From an uncultured virus (IMG/VR IMGVR_UViG_3300042197_001803) (lineage: Duplodnaviria > Heunggongvirae > Uroviricota > Caudoviricetes): a DNA stretch of 64,000 nucleotides. The notes beneath the pieces are model-generated. The model searched no databases and had not been told where the DNA came from. It saw only the letters and a program-made list of their open reading frames with translations. The stretch covers positions 31,858-95,857 of the IMG/VR virus record IMGVR_UViG_3300042197_001803; one strand, 5' to 3'. A program made the position numbers and the translations under genes. Shown here in pieces: positions 29,446 through 38,639 of the stretch (position 1 is its first letter; every line of letters starts with the position of its first letter).

Positions 29446-29661
29446 TTAGACTGTTTTTGTTTGTACCACTTCAAAAGGAACTTCTTCACCATTAAAATTG
29501 ATATTTAAATCATTTGTTTTACCTGAAAACTTAGCTTTAATCTGTTCCATTTGAGTTTCAAACATTTTCATGTATTCTTTTTCCATTTTTTTCTGTTGAG
29601 CTTTCATTTTTTGATTTCTAGCGGCAACTTTTTTTCTGTGTTCTTTTGCTCTTTTACCCAT
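29446..29661 (-). CDS. Small basic hypothetical protein
   Basis: 71 aa, MGKRAKEHRKKVAARN. Confidence 0.6.
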   Translation of the reverse strand: MGKRAKEHRKKVAARNQKMKAQQKKMEKEYMKMFETQMEQIKAKFSGKTNDLNINFNGEEVPFEVVQTKTV

Positions 29662-29667
29662 TTTATT

Positions 29668-29859
29668 TTATTTTTTAGTTTGTTCTTTATAATCTATAAT
29701 GAATCCAATTGCAACAATCAAGTTCATCCCTAAACTAGCCAATATTTCGTGGACATCATCATAAACATTATTCATTAAATGTATATGTCCTACCATCCAA
29801 AAAGGTATTGACAGATTTTGACTAATCCATACAATAGTGAACTTGGTGAATCTTTTCAT
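29668..29859 (-). CDS. Small membrane protein
   Basis: 63 aa, two hydrophobic segments. Confidence 0.55.
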   Translation of the reverse strand: MKRFTKFTIVWISQNLSIPFWMVGHIHLMNNVYDDVHEILASLGMNLIVAIGFIIDYKEQTKK

Positions 29860-30215
29860 TATAAGTGTTTATTTGGTCTGTTTTCCTCAAACCACTCAAT
29901 AATACCATTAAATGCCCAAACAAAACCTGACGCTAACATACCATCAAAAAACCAAGAAAAGGCGGGATGTATGTTGAACAGTGAGTTGGCTGGTGAATAA
30001 AATGCTATTGATAAGAAAAATCCTACCCATGTTGAGGTACACATCATACAACTTAATAGGTCTGAAATAAACATCCCTACTTGATTGAATGGTGAGTACG
30101 GGTTAGTACCCCATTTACGTAAAAAGTCTCTAAACCCATTAAAAATTGAGCCATAGACTAAAATGTTTGATTGTCCATACGCAATCAATAACCAAATTAA
30201 AATTAGTGTTATCAT
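29859..30215 (-). CDS. DUF1360-like membrane protein
   Basis: IF..FR...LLSCMMCTSTWVG motif with flanking TMs. Confidence 0.7.
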   Translation of the reverse strand: MITLILIWLLIAYGQSNILVYGSIFNGFRDFLRKWGTNPYSPFNQVGMFISDLLSCMMCTSTWVGFFLSIAFYSPANSLFNIHPAFSWFFDGMLASGFVWAFNGIIEWFEENRPNKHL

Positions 30216-30928
30216 AAATTTTCTATTATATTTGAACCTTTCATATAAACCGCACCTGTTTGACTATTATTTGTCATCGAGTTTTTTAGTTTATCCTCAA
30301 GTTCGTTTATTTTTTCATTTTTTAATTTTAAGTCTTTTCTTAAATTCTGTAAAGTAGTCTCCAACATTTTAACTTTGTTTTCGTCTATAGGAATGTCTAA
30401 ATTACGTCTAAGTTCATCTAATTCCATGTCCTTTTTAGACATTTCATTTTGGAAAATATTTTCCATTTCGGTTATTTTAGTGGAAAATATTTGTACCTCT
30501 TTTTGAGATTCTTCGAGTTTAATGGAAAATTCTTGTTTTTCTTTTACCAACTGTTCTATTTTTTCAAACAGTTCGTTTTCAGTATTTTTGTCGGAAATAT
30601 ATTCTATTTTTGAGACAATTTTTTCAACAGGAACCTCCTTAATAACTTCTTTTTCAATAATTATTTCTTTAATAACCTCAATAGGAATTTCCTTAATAAT
30701 TTCAACCTCTTTTATCACTTCAACAGGTATTTCCACCCGTTTTTCACGGATTACCTCAATTTCCACTTGTTTTTCATCTTCTCCACCCGTTTTTCCCAAC
30801 AATCCATACTTTTTAATATCAAATCCCTGTTTAAAACAATCCTGAATAAATTTATTAATATCTGTTATACCATTCAGCATACAGAATTCATAAATTTCCT
30901 TATTGTTTTTTATTTCAACAGAATACAT
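30212..30928 (-). CDS. Coiled-coil protein with EVIKE(V/I)P repeats
   Basis: VEIPVEVIKEVEIIKEIPIEVIKE...KEVPVEKIV followed by a long coiled coil. Confidence 0.7.
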   Translation of the reverse strand: MYSVEIKNNKEIYEFCMLNGITDINKFIQDCFKQGFDIKKYGLLGKTGGEDEKQVEIEVIREKRVEIPVEVIKEVEIIKEIPIEVIKEIIIEKEVIKEVPVEKIVSKIEYISDKNTENELFEKIEQLVKEKQEFSIKLEESQKEVQIFSTKITEMENIFQNEMSKKDMELDELRRNLDIPIDENKVKMLETTLQNLRKDLKLKNEKINELEDKLKNSMTNNSQTGAVYMKGSNIIENL

Positions 30929-31708
30929 TTAAGCGTTTGCCAATTTTTCAGTACCGTTAATAATGTCGTCAAATGATTTTAATCTAAAAGATAAAAATGG
31001 TTTTGGGTTATCCAAATCAACAAATTCATAAGAATCATTCAATACGTCATAGATACCAAACCCATGTTTTTTTATCGTTTCACCATAATTTTGTTGAATT
31101 GTTGAACCAACCATGTAAGCTTTTTTCTTGTTGGGGATATCAAATATTTGTCGCTTATGTATGTCACCACATAGTACAAGGTCAACCCCGTTGAACTTAG
31201 ATGAATCAAAACCACTCTCAAATTTATATCCGATGTCAGTAGATAAGCCAATAACTGGTCCGTGAAATAAACCAATCTTAATCCTATCTGTTGTTGGAAT
31301 TTCAGGAGGTAGGTTGTGTTCCATAAGTGAGTAAACAACCCACTCAATGTTTTCATCTTCGTAAGTACCTCTGTTTTTGTAATATACAATATTTTCATTC
31401 TGTAATGAATCGATAATTGGTGTTAAAGCATCCAATCTTTGAGTGTTATTCTCAAGAAAGTCGTGATTACCAATAATAATTATCGTCTTAGATATTTTAG
31501 CACATTCACTCAAAACCCAAGAAACCATTTCAATTAATTCAGGGGTCATTTGATTTTTACTGTGTACCAAATCACCAGTAAAAACTATACGGTCAGGTTT
31601 AATTTCCTTAAATCGCGACAACATGTCTCGAATAATGTCTCGATATAAATCATGGTCTTTAAAAAGACGAATATGTAGGTCTGAGAAATGTACTAATTTA
31701 CTAATCAT
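30929..31708 (-). CDS. sbcD: SbcD/Mre11 (gp47-like) metallophosphoesterase nuclease
   Basis: SDLH, GDLVH, GNHD, FHG and GDIH motifs; near sbcC. Confidence 0.9.
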   Translation of the reverse strand: MISKLVHFSDLHIRLFKDHDLYRDIIRDMLSRFKEIKPDRIVFTGDLVHSKNQMTPELIEMVSWVLSECAKISKTIIIIGNHDFLENNTQRLDALTPIIDSLQNENIVYYKNRGTYEDENIEWVVYSLMEHNLPPEIPTTDRIKIGLFHGPVIGLSTDIGYKFESGFDSSKFNGVDLVLCGDIHKRQIFDIPNKKKAYMVGSTIQQNYGETIKKHGFGIYDVLNDSYEFVDLDNPKPFLSFRLKSFDDIINGTEKLANA

Positions 31709-31907
31709 TTAACTGTTCTTTATTTTTAATTTCAATACTACCTAAAGAACTTGCTTTTCTCCATCTTTCTTTAAAAGATGCTACATCAAATTCTTCATCA
31801 TTAACTTGACCCATTTTTTCAACTATGGGTGTAATCTCAATGTGTTTATTTTCAAGTTTACCATAAAGGTAACCTTCTAACCAAATGTAAAATTCTTTAT
31901 GAGTCAT
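31701..31907 (-). CDS. Hypothetical protein
   Basis: 68 aa, MT..EF..WLEGYL start. Confidence 0.6.
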   Translation of the reverse strand: MTHKEFYIWLEGYLYGKLENKHIEITPIVEKMGQVNDEEFDVASFKERWRKASSLGSIEIKNKEQLND

Positions 31908-32128
31908 TATTTATCAAAAAGTTGGAAGTCTTCATTTACATGTCCGCACTTTTCACACATATAAGTTGGAAAAGGTACTAATGTGTCCTCAGAGCTTCCA
32001 GTTAATAATTTAGGAACTTTTTTTATCAATGTGACTTCTTTGAAGAATTTATTATCACACATCTCACAAACAACAGTTTCTTGTTGTTTTAAATCGATTT
32101 TAGGTTTTAAAATATCATCCATAATCAA
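31907..32128 (-). CDS. Zinc-ribbon protein
   Basis: CEMC...CEKCGH. Confidence 0.7.
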   Translation of the reverse strand: MIMDDILKPKIDLKQQETVVCEMCDNKFFKEVTLIKKVPKLLTGSSEDTLVPFPTYMCEKCGHVNEDFQLFDK

Positions 32129-32138
32129 ATATAATTAT

Positions 32139-33035
32139 TTATAGTTTATTAGTCAAATAGTTCCCCATCTTCATATTTAATACCGTTGTTATAACATCTT
32201 TAGGTACTCTAAACTCTTCATATTCACTATTTTCCTTTAATAAAACAACAATACAACCATAAACTTTCAAGTTTTCAAATTCAGTTCCTTTTAACATTTC
32301 AACCAATAACTTTCCGTAGAATGGTAATTGTGTGTAGTAGTGCCCCAAAGCATTGTCAGGTAAATTATGAAATGGTGGTTTCATTTTTTTGGTAAACTGG
32401 TTAACTTCGAAGTTTTTGGGTTTATTTGTTTTATAGTCAGTAATTAGAAACCCATAACCATTTTTTTCTTTATTTTCAATTAACCAACAATCATCACCTT
32501 GACCAGTATATCCCAATTCAGGGTGCCCCAAAACGATTTCAGTGTCTAATAAAACAGCATTTCGTTGTTTCATAAGTTCCAAAAAATTAGAACCCGCAGT
32601 TACCATAGAATCACTTTTTAATATTTGTGTAAAATCACAATCAAATTCAGGTTGTCTAACTTCTTTAATTAAACCAAATAACTCAATTGATTTTTTTTCT
32701 AATAAATAATGAGTTCTTGAACCCATATTAGTTGAGTATGTTCCAGCATCAGACCATTCTTTCAATAATCTTTCCTTTTCTTTAATATCACCTTTAGCCT
32801 TTTTTTCCGCTATTTCATCAGCAGGAAACTCATCATAAAACAATTTCATAATTTTAGATACCGAAGACCAATCATCCCTGATTTTACCATATTTATCCAT
32901 CATAGTGTATTTATGGAATTTTTCTTCAAATGTAAGATGAAATTCTTTTCTTTTTTCATCCAAAACATGTCTGATTTGATTTGCTATTTTATTTAAATTC
33001 ATATTATTTTTTTCCTTTTTTATAATTTTCATCAC
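32139..33035 (-). CDS. PD-(D/E)xK exonuclease (Cas4/RecB-like)
   Basis: SVS..., G...H, E, G..D, DYKT and Q...Y motifs; the true start may be the M at about 33002. Confidence 0.8.
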   Translation of the reverse strand: MMKIIKKEKNNMNLNKIANQIRHVLDEKRKEFHLTFEEKFHKYTMMDKYGKIRDDWSSVSKIMKLFYDEFPADEIAEKKAKGDIKEKERLLKEWSDAGTYSTNMGSRTHYLLEKKSIELFGLIKEVRQPEFDCDFTQILKSDSMVTAGSNFLELMKQRNAVLLDTEIVLGHPELGYTGQGDDCWLIENKEKNGYGFLITDYKTNKPKNFEVNQFTKKMKPPFHNLPDNALGHYYTQLPFYGKLLVEMLKGTEFENLKVYGCIVVLLKENSEYEEFRVPKDVITTVLNMKMGNYLTNKL

Positions 33036-33555
33036 ACCATAATGGTTGGAGATTTGTATAATGACAAAGTGTATAAACTTCTTCCTCTGTTTTTGCCGAA
33101 GCTAGTGGTATTATATGGTCTATATGCCACCCTGTGTGTTTATAATTGTCCCAAGACATACCTTCGGTAAATCGTTCTTCAAGATAAATTTTTAATTCTT
33201 TTGGAGAACAACCCACAATATTAAAAGTGTTATTTGTTTTTATATCAAAATTAACACTTTTAATAAAATGTTTAACTCTGTTTCTAATATTAACTTTTAA
33301 CTTATACAAAGTGTCATTATCATAATTGTTTTGATGTCGATTGTTTCTACTTTTTTTAACCGATTGATTATTGTTTTTTTGATAGTTAACCTGTCTTAAT
33401 ATTTCATTTTCTCTATTCTTATAATAAAAATTTTTATACTCTATCGATGTACATTCTCTACATCGATATCTTAAACCATCAGGTGTGTACTTATCTTTAT
33501 TATATTCACAAAGTAATTTTTCAACACCACATTTTTTACAAATTTTTGTGTCCAT
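33004..33555 (-). CDS. HNH homing endonuclease with N-terminal zinc finger
   Basis: CKKC...CREC; WHIDHIIPL...HYTNLQPLW...N..K. Confidence 0.88.
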   Translation of the reverse strand: MDTKICKKCGVEKLLCEYNKDKYTPDGLRYRCRECTSIEYKNFYYKNRENEILRQVNYQKNNNQSVKKSRNNRHQNNYDNDTLYKLKVNIRNRVKHFIKSVNFDIKTNNTFNIVGCSPKELKIYLEERFTEGMSWDNYKHTGWHIDHIIPLASAKTEEEVYTLCHYTNLQPLWCDENYKKGKK

Positions 33556-33697
33556 TTTCACGATAATCTTTTAATAATTTATTTACTAAAGATGACAAAT
33601 TAATATGAAGATTCCTATAATAATTTAAAAGCTCAGGTTCTAATGCAACAGATACTTTAGTTTTTTTTTCTTCTTCTTTTTTCTTAATTCGTCCCAT
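33536..33697 (-). CDS. Small RHH-like DNA-binding protein (53 aa, not in track)
   Basis: MGRIKKKEEEKKTKVSVALEPELLNYYRNLHINLSSLVNKLLKDYRENGHKNL; overlaps the HNH ATG by 20 nt. Confidence 0.7.
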   Translation of the reverse strand: MGRIKKKEEEKKTKVSVALEPELLNYYRNLHINLSSLVNKLLKDYRENGHKNL

Positions 33698-33740
33698 ATT
33701 AAATAAATATATTAAAAAGTGTGATTATTGTCAATTTTAT

Positions 33741-34085
33741 TTAAATCCATTTAATTATTTTTAATTCTTTATTTAATTTATTAGATAAATCAATGGAACT
33801 TTTAGTTCCTTTTGAAACTCCATCCCAAAACGCGAAAACAATATCAGAGTTTTCAATTATATCTTTATTTCTTCTAAATCCTGCCGATTTTCCGTACTTG
33901 TCCCATTCTGGGTAAAAAATTAAAACTTCTTTGTTTTTTTCTTTAGCCCATCTTTCACCTAAAGTATCAGCTCCTTTAGCACCTCCACTAACAATTAGTG
34001 TTATTGTGTTTTCATATTCTAAAAGAGTTTCAAGAACTAAATCATAGTTATTAAAACTTCTACTACCAATTATAGCTGCTTTCAT
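33741..34085 (-). CDS. SLOG-family (DUF2493/YspA-like) protein
   Basis: IIGSRSF, IVSGGAKGADTLG, W..YGKSAG..RN, AFWDG.SKGT. Confidence 0.88.
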   Translation of the reverse strand: MKAAIIGSRSFNNYDLVLETLLEYENTITLIVSGGAKGADTLGERWAKEKNKEVLIFYPEWDKYGKSAGFRRNKDIIENSDIVFAFWDGVSKGTKSSIDLSNKLNKELKIIKWI

Positions 34086-34086
34086 A

Positions 34087-34992
34087 TTAAAATTTCATTT
34101 CGTAATAATATTCTTTAATATCACCTTTTAAATCACAAACATCCTTATCTATAGGTAGCTTAACAATTTTAACCTTACCATAAAGTTCACCACCACTTAT
34201 TTCTTCATATAACCTTACAGCATCACCCCAAGCATCACCATCAAGACAAATTGTTATATTACCCTTAGCTTTATTATATAATGAATTAAAAAGTAGTTCA
34301 CTCATATGTTTACCCAGCATGGGAATACTGTTTTCCAAAAAAAATCCATCAAACACACCTTCAACCAAATATATATCTTTATCCCAATCTATTAAATTTT
34401 CATTGAAAATTATTTTATCTTTTTCAGCTTGTGGGTTTTTATATTTTGCTTTAGTGTTTGGGTCCCAGCTTCTTGCTATATAATAATTTAATTCACCTTT
34501 TGTATTATATGATGGTACAACTACTCTACCTTTGTGTGAACCTCTATCACAAAAACCAATTTGATATTTTTCAATCATATAATCGGTAATTCCACGATTA
34601 TATAAGTAATTTATTGCCTGTCTTCTTACAGGGTAAATCTTACTCGAATCTTTGAATAGAGTGAATGACTCAGGTAATTTTAATTTTGGTAGTTTTTTTT
34701 CAGTAGGCTTATCGTTTTCAGGTTGTAAAATTTTATAAACTTTTTTTTGTTTTTTATTACCAAACTTATCAAAAAATTTATTTAGAGAACCTTTTGTGTT
34801 ATTAACATCACCACAACTCCAACATTTAAAGACGTGATTATGGTAGTTAATTTCTAAATTACCTTTGTCTCTATCTTCATCACAGACGGGGCAGTTAAAG
34901 GCAACCTGACCTTTGGACTCGTAGTGTTGCTTCTCGTCCCCAAGAATTTCTCTCAGTAATTCTAAAAGTATTTCTTTATCATCAGTCATCAT
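34087..34992 (-). CDS. DNA primase (Zn-binding + TOPRIM)
   Basis: CPVC...CWSC; KYKNP; LVEGVFD; LDGDA. Confidence 0.9.
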   Translation of the reverse strand: MMTDDKEILLELLREILGDEKQHYESKGQVAFNCPVCDEDRDKGNLEINYHNHVFKCWSCGDVNNTKGSLNKFFDKFGNKKQKKVYKILQPENDKPTEKKLPKLKLPESFTLFKDSSKIYPVRRQAINYLYNRGITDYMIEKYQIGFCDRGSHKGRVVVPSYNTKGELNYYIARSWDPNTKAKYKNPQAEKDKIIFNENLIDWDKDIYLVEGVFDGFFLENSIPMLGKHMSELLFNSLYNKAKGNITICLDGDAWGDAVRLYEEISGGELYGKVKIVKLPIDKDVCDLKGDIKEYYYEMKF

Positions 34993-35077
34993 TAAAATAT
35001 AGTCATAATTATTATCTTAATCAACCTTCACAAGTTTTTCATTAGTATTATATTTATTTAAGTAGAATAGTAGAATA

Positions 35078-35293
35078 ATGCCAATTGACATAACAATAAA
35101 CAATATTTCAGGAGCTTCACCATACGATGTTTATCTTTGTGATAACCCAGTTAGTGTTTGTGTTTATATAGACACAGTTTCATCACTACCTTATGTTTTT
35201 CAAGTTCCGTCTCTTATGTCAAATGATAACGATTTTAATTTAAAAATTGTAGATAATAATGGGTGCACTACCTATCAATATTTAAGTATCTAA
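35078..35293 (+). CDS. Single small beta-sandwich (SprB-like) structural protein
   Basis: [10 protein letters not shown]...[15 protein letters not shown] upstream. Confidence 0.6.
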   Translation: MPIDITINNISGASPYDVYLCDNPVSVCVYIDTVSSLPYVFQVPSLMSNDNDFNLKIVDNNGCTTYQYLSI

Positions 35294-37908
35294 TGCAGGT
35301 AACAACAATCATAAGAATAATCTCTTGTACTGACTTAACAGTATACTATGCGTATTATAGTGACCCGTTGATACTGTTACCAGGTAAAATCTATAATTTT
35401 AGTTTTACAATGGGTTCAACAATCCCTGATGGATGTTACACTTACGTACAAGATGAAATGCCTGGAGTACCTATAACAGGAACTGTATTATCAGTTAATG
35501 GTGGTCCTTACGCAAATTGTGAGGAATGTTTTATTGCACCTCCAACCCCAAGTCAAACACCAACTCCAACAGTAACTCCAACTAATACTGTAACACCTAC
35601 TAGTACTCCAACTCCAACAGTAACTCCAACTAATACTGTAACACCTACTAGTACTCCAACTAATACTGTAACACCTACTAGTACTCCAACTCCAACAGTA
35701 ACTCCAACTAATACTGTAACACCTACCAACACTCCAACACCCACACCAACACCATGCGGTTGCGAATGTATGACAATTGATTCAACATTATCATTTTTCG
35801 CCACAGGTAATACTAGTAATCCAAATAATGTAGCATATTACGAATATTATGATTGTAATAGTAATTTAGTCACTATTGTAGACAATAATATAGGGTATTT
35901 TAATATATGTGTTAGTAATTGCAATTTAGTTAAAGCGTATTTTTGGAGATTAGACGTTTATTACGAATCCACCTCTTTCCCATGGAATCCATTTACAGGT
36001 CCTGGTATAAATGCTGTTTGTAATGGAACCCCATGTTGTAATCAAAGTGATTGTGGTGCACCACCACCAACTTTACCTCCAACACCCACACCAACGACAA
36101 CACCTACACCAACCATAACATCTACACCAACACCAACGGTTACTCCTACGGTTACCCAAACGGTTACCCCAACAAAAACGCCCACTCAAACACCGACAGT
36201 AACTCCAACCATAACACCAACCTCAACTGTCACTCCAACAGTTACACCTACCGTAACACCAACAAGAACCCCAACTAATACCCCTTCAATAACACCAACA
36301 AACACACCAACAAAAACTGTAACACCTACTGTTACTCCAACAACAACACCAACACCAACACCAACACCTGTTGGTTGTTTTGAAAATTATTGTATAACGG
36401 GGACTGGTGATTCAGGTATTGACGACAATTATACTAGTGGTGGAACATATAATGGAGCTTTGTATTGGGTTGGTAGTGTAAATGGGTTATACATTTATTA
36501 TGATACAACTAATAGTCAATGGTGTTTATCAGCATCTTTAGGTGGTTCATGTATTTTATCAGGTAAATCACCTTGTGTTTCAACATGTCCTGATTTATGT
36601 CAAGATTATTTTTTCATAGGTATTTGTCCAACTCCAACTCCAACACCAACATTACCTTGTGATGTTAATTTTGAAGTGTTGTTTGATTGTGAATTTACAC
36701 CGACCCCTTCAATTAGCCAAACACCTACAGTTACACCAACAGTTACCGTAACCCCAACACCTTCAAATGTTTGTTCAGTTATTGGTGTCGACGCAACAAT
36801 TAATTCATATACACCAACTCCAAGCCCAACACCTAGTTTGACACCATCAAACACGCCAGCGGTTGTTAGACCTTGTAATTTTACAGGTAATGTTAGTTTT
36901 AATAATGTTAATGAAATTATTAGATGTCCATTTAGTAAACAATTCCAAGATTGTTTTAATGGTGAAATGTATTTTACAACAAATGAAATTAATAACCCAG
37001 GTGGTGGAAGTGTTGAACAATTTATGGTTTTTGAAGCTTTGGTTGATGGGTCATCAAGATGTGTTTCCTATATAGGAGATAATCAAGACACAATAGGTAT
37101 AAATCAAGTAGAGCTAAGGTATGGTCCTTTTGGATATTCTAATTTGGGCGACTGTATTAATTGTAGTCAGTTTGAAAGTCCAACCCCTACACCAACTTCA
37201 ACGGTAACCCCAACACCAACATTAACTCCAACACCAAGTAACACGCCAGTGGAAAACGCTTATTATGTTTATGTAAGATGTGACGATGAAAGAAAATATG
37301 TTGTTCAGACATCACCAGGTCCAACAACAAATATTAACACATCATTTATAAGTTTAGTCGATAATAAATGTTGGAAATTCTTGTATGTTTCATCAGGGTT
37401 CCCATCTATTAATCCTCTATATGATGTAATTAATTACACAGGTAATTATTTCACGCAAACAACTAACCAATCATTTAAAACTTGTGAATTATGTAATGCG
37501 GCTTTAATCGCGTCCACAACCACAACAACTTCAACGACTACACTATCACAACAAAATTATATAATAAACTATAGTGTTACAAAAACTGTGGATTGTTCTA
37601 CAACAATTGGTAGAATATTGGTAAATGGAGTTATTAAATACAGTATTACAACAGGATTAGCACCTGGTAATTATTCAGGTAATTTTACAGTAAAAGACAA
37701 TGATGTTGTTATTTTTGATTTCTCAACTATAGCACCGTCGCCATCATGTACAGGATTAATTCCTACTATATCAATATCGGACACTAAAGGAATAGTTAAT
37801 GAGTATGCAGAATACGGATTACCTAATCAAACAATATATGAAACATTTGTTGTAGATTATAATTGGATTGGTAATACAATACAAATATTGTCCAGTACCA
37901 CCACATAA
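35293..37908 (+). CDS. Cys-rich virion-type protein with multiple (Pro-Thr)n tracts
   Basis: Probable start at TAATG 35293; Cys-bracketed domains separated by PTPT tracts. Confidence 0.75.
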   Translation: MQVTTIIRIISCTDLTVYYAYYSDPLILLPGKIYNFSFTMGSTIPDGCYTYVQDEMPGVPITGTVLSVNGGPYANCEECFIAPPTPSQTPTPTVTPTNTVTPTSTPTPTVTPTNTVTPTSTPTNTVTPTSTPTPTVTPTNTVTPTNTPTPTPTPCGCECMTIDSTLSFFATGNTSNPNNVAYYEYYDCNSNLVTIVDNNIGYFNICVSNCNLVKAYFWRLDVYYESTSFPWNPFTGPGINAVCNGTPCCNQSDCGAPPPTLPPTPTPTTTPTPTITSTPTPTVTPTVTQTVTPTKTPTQTPTVTPTITPTSTVTPTVTPTVTPTRTPTNTPSITPTNTPTKTVTPTVTPTTTPTPTPTPVGCFENYCITGTGDSGIDDNYTSGGTYNGALYWVGSVNGLYIYYDTTNSQWCLSASLGGSCILSGKSPCVSTCPDLCQDYFFIGICPTPTPTPTLPCDVNFEVLFDCEFTPTPSISQTPTVTPTVTVTPTPSNVCSVIGVDATINSYTPTPSPTPSLTPSNTPAVVRPCNFTGNVSFNNVNEIIRCPFSKQFQDCFNGEMYFTTNEINNPGGGSVEQFMVFEALVDGSSRCVSYIGDNQDTIGINQVELRYGPFGYSNLGDCINCSQFESPTPTPTSTVTPTPTLTPTPSNTPVENAYYVYVRCDDERKYVVQTSPGPTTNINTSFISLVDNKCWKFLYVSSGFPSINPLYDVINYTGNYFTQTTNQSFKTCELCNAALIASTTTTTSTTTLSQQNYIINYSVTKTVDCSTTIGRILVNGVIKYSITTGLAPGNYSGNFTVKDNDVVIFDFSTIAPSPSCTGLIPTISISDTKGIVNEYAEYGLPNQTIYETFVVDYNWIGNTIQILSSTTT
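35555..35752 (+). repeat. Coding tandem repeats ([14 protein letters not shown])
   Basis: Near-identical units ccaacagtaactccaactaatactgtaacacctactagtact. Confidence 0.8.
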
Positions 37909-37938
37909 AAAAAATATCGTGTATAAACACGATATTTT
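37907..37938. terminator. Bidirectional terminator between convergent genes
   Basis: AAAATATCGTGT-ataa-ACACGATATTTT. Confidence 0.7.
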
Positions 37939-37962
37939 AAACAATCATATAAATAAACGATA

Positions 37963-38562
37963 TTACCAAATACCTTCTTGTTTCATGTGTCCTAAAACAC
38001 AACAATAAGCATCTGTTTGGTCAAAATTCTCTTTTTTAAGTGTATTATTTTTGGTGTAAGACCACTGTATTTGAGGTTCTCTTTTTGCAACTAATTCCCA
38101 AATTATCATTTTTTTATCACAATCTTTAGGATAGTTACCAAACAATACATACTTACCTTTATTATTAGGTTGAACCAAGTGAGGGAATGCGTTTTTTCTT
38201 GAGTTGTAAGTTGAAATAAATTCGGGAACAATACCTAAAATTCTGTAAATCTTTTCAGTAATAAGTGTGTTATATCTTAACAAAGTTTGAATTGTGTAAA
38301 TGTTATTACTATTTAGTAAAGGTTCTTCAATTATAACTTTTGTTATACCCAAATCTTTATATTCATTTAGTTTAGTTTGAAATATATCACTTTTTAAAAG
38401 AAGTTCTTTTATTTTATTTTCTTCTTTTGGTTTTGGAACAGGGGATACATGGGTCAATTCTAATAATTCTTTTGTTTTAATATCAAAAAGTGCCCATCCA
38501 ATTGTTTTTGTTGAGATGTCTAATCCCAATACTTTAGGACTTTCTTTTGAAATTTTTTTCAT
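37963..38562 (-). CDS. RuvC-like Holliday junction resolvase
   Basis: VLGLDIST..IGWA, VIIEEP and D..DAY acidic motifs. Confidence 0.82.
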   Translation of the reverse strand: MKKISKESPKVLGLDISTKTIGWALFDIKTKELLELTHVSPVPKPKEENKIKELLLKSDIFQTKLNEYKDLGITKVIIEEPLLNSNNIYTIQTLLRYNTLITEKIYRILGIVPEFISTYNSRKNAFPHLVQPNNKGKYVLFGNYPKDCDKKMIIWELVAKREPQIQWSYTKNNTLKKENFDQTDAYCCVLGHMKQEGIW

Positions 38563-38639
38563 ATTTTTTTGCGTTACCTAATAATTAAATTAATCTATTT
38601 TAATATATTGTAAATATATCTCAGATTTTAAGTGATTAT

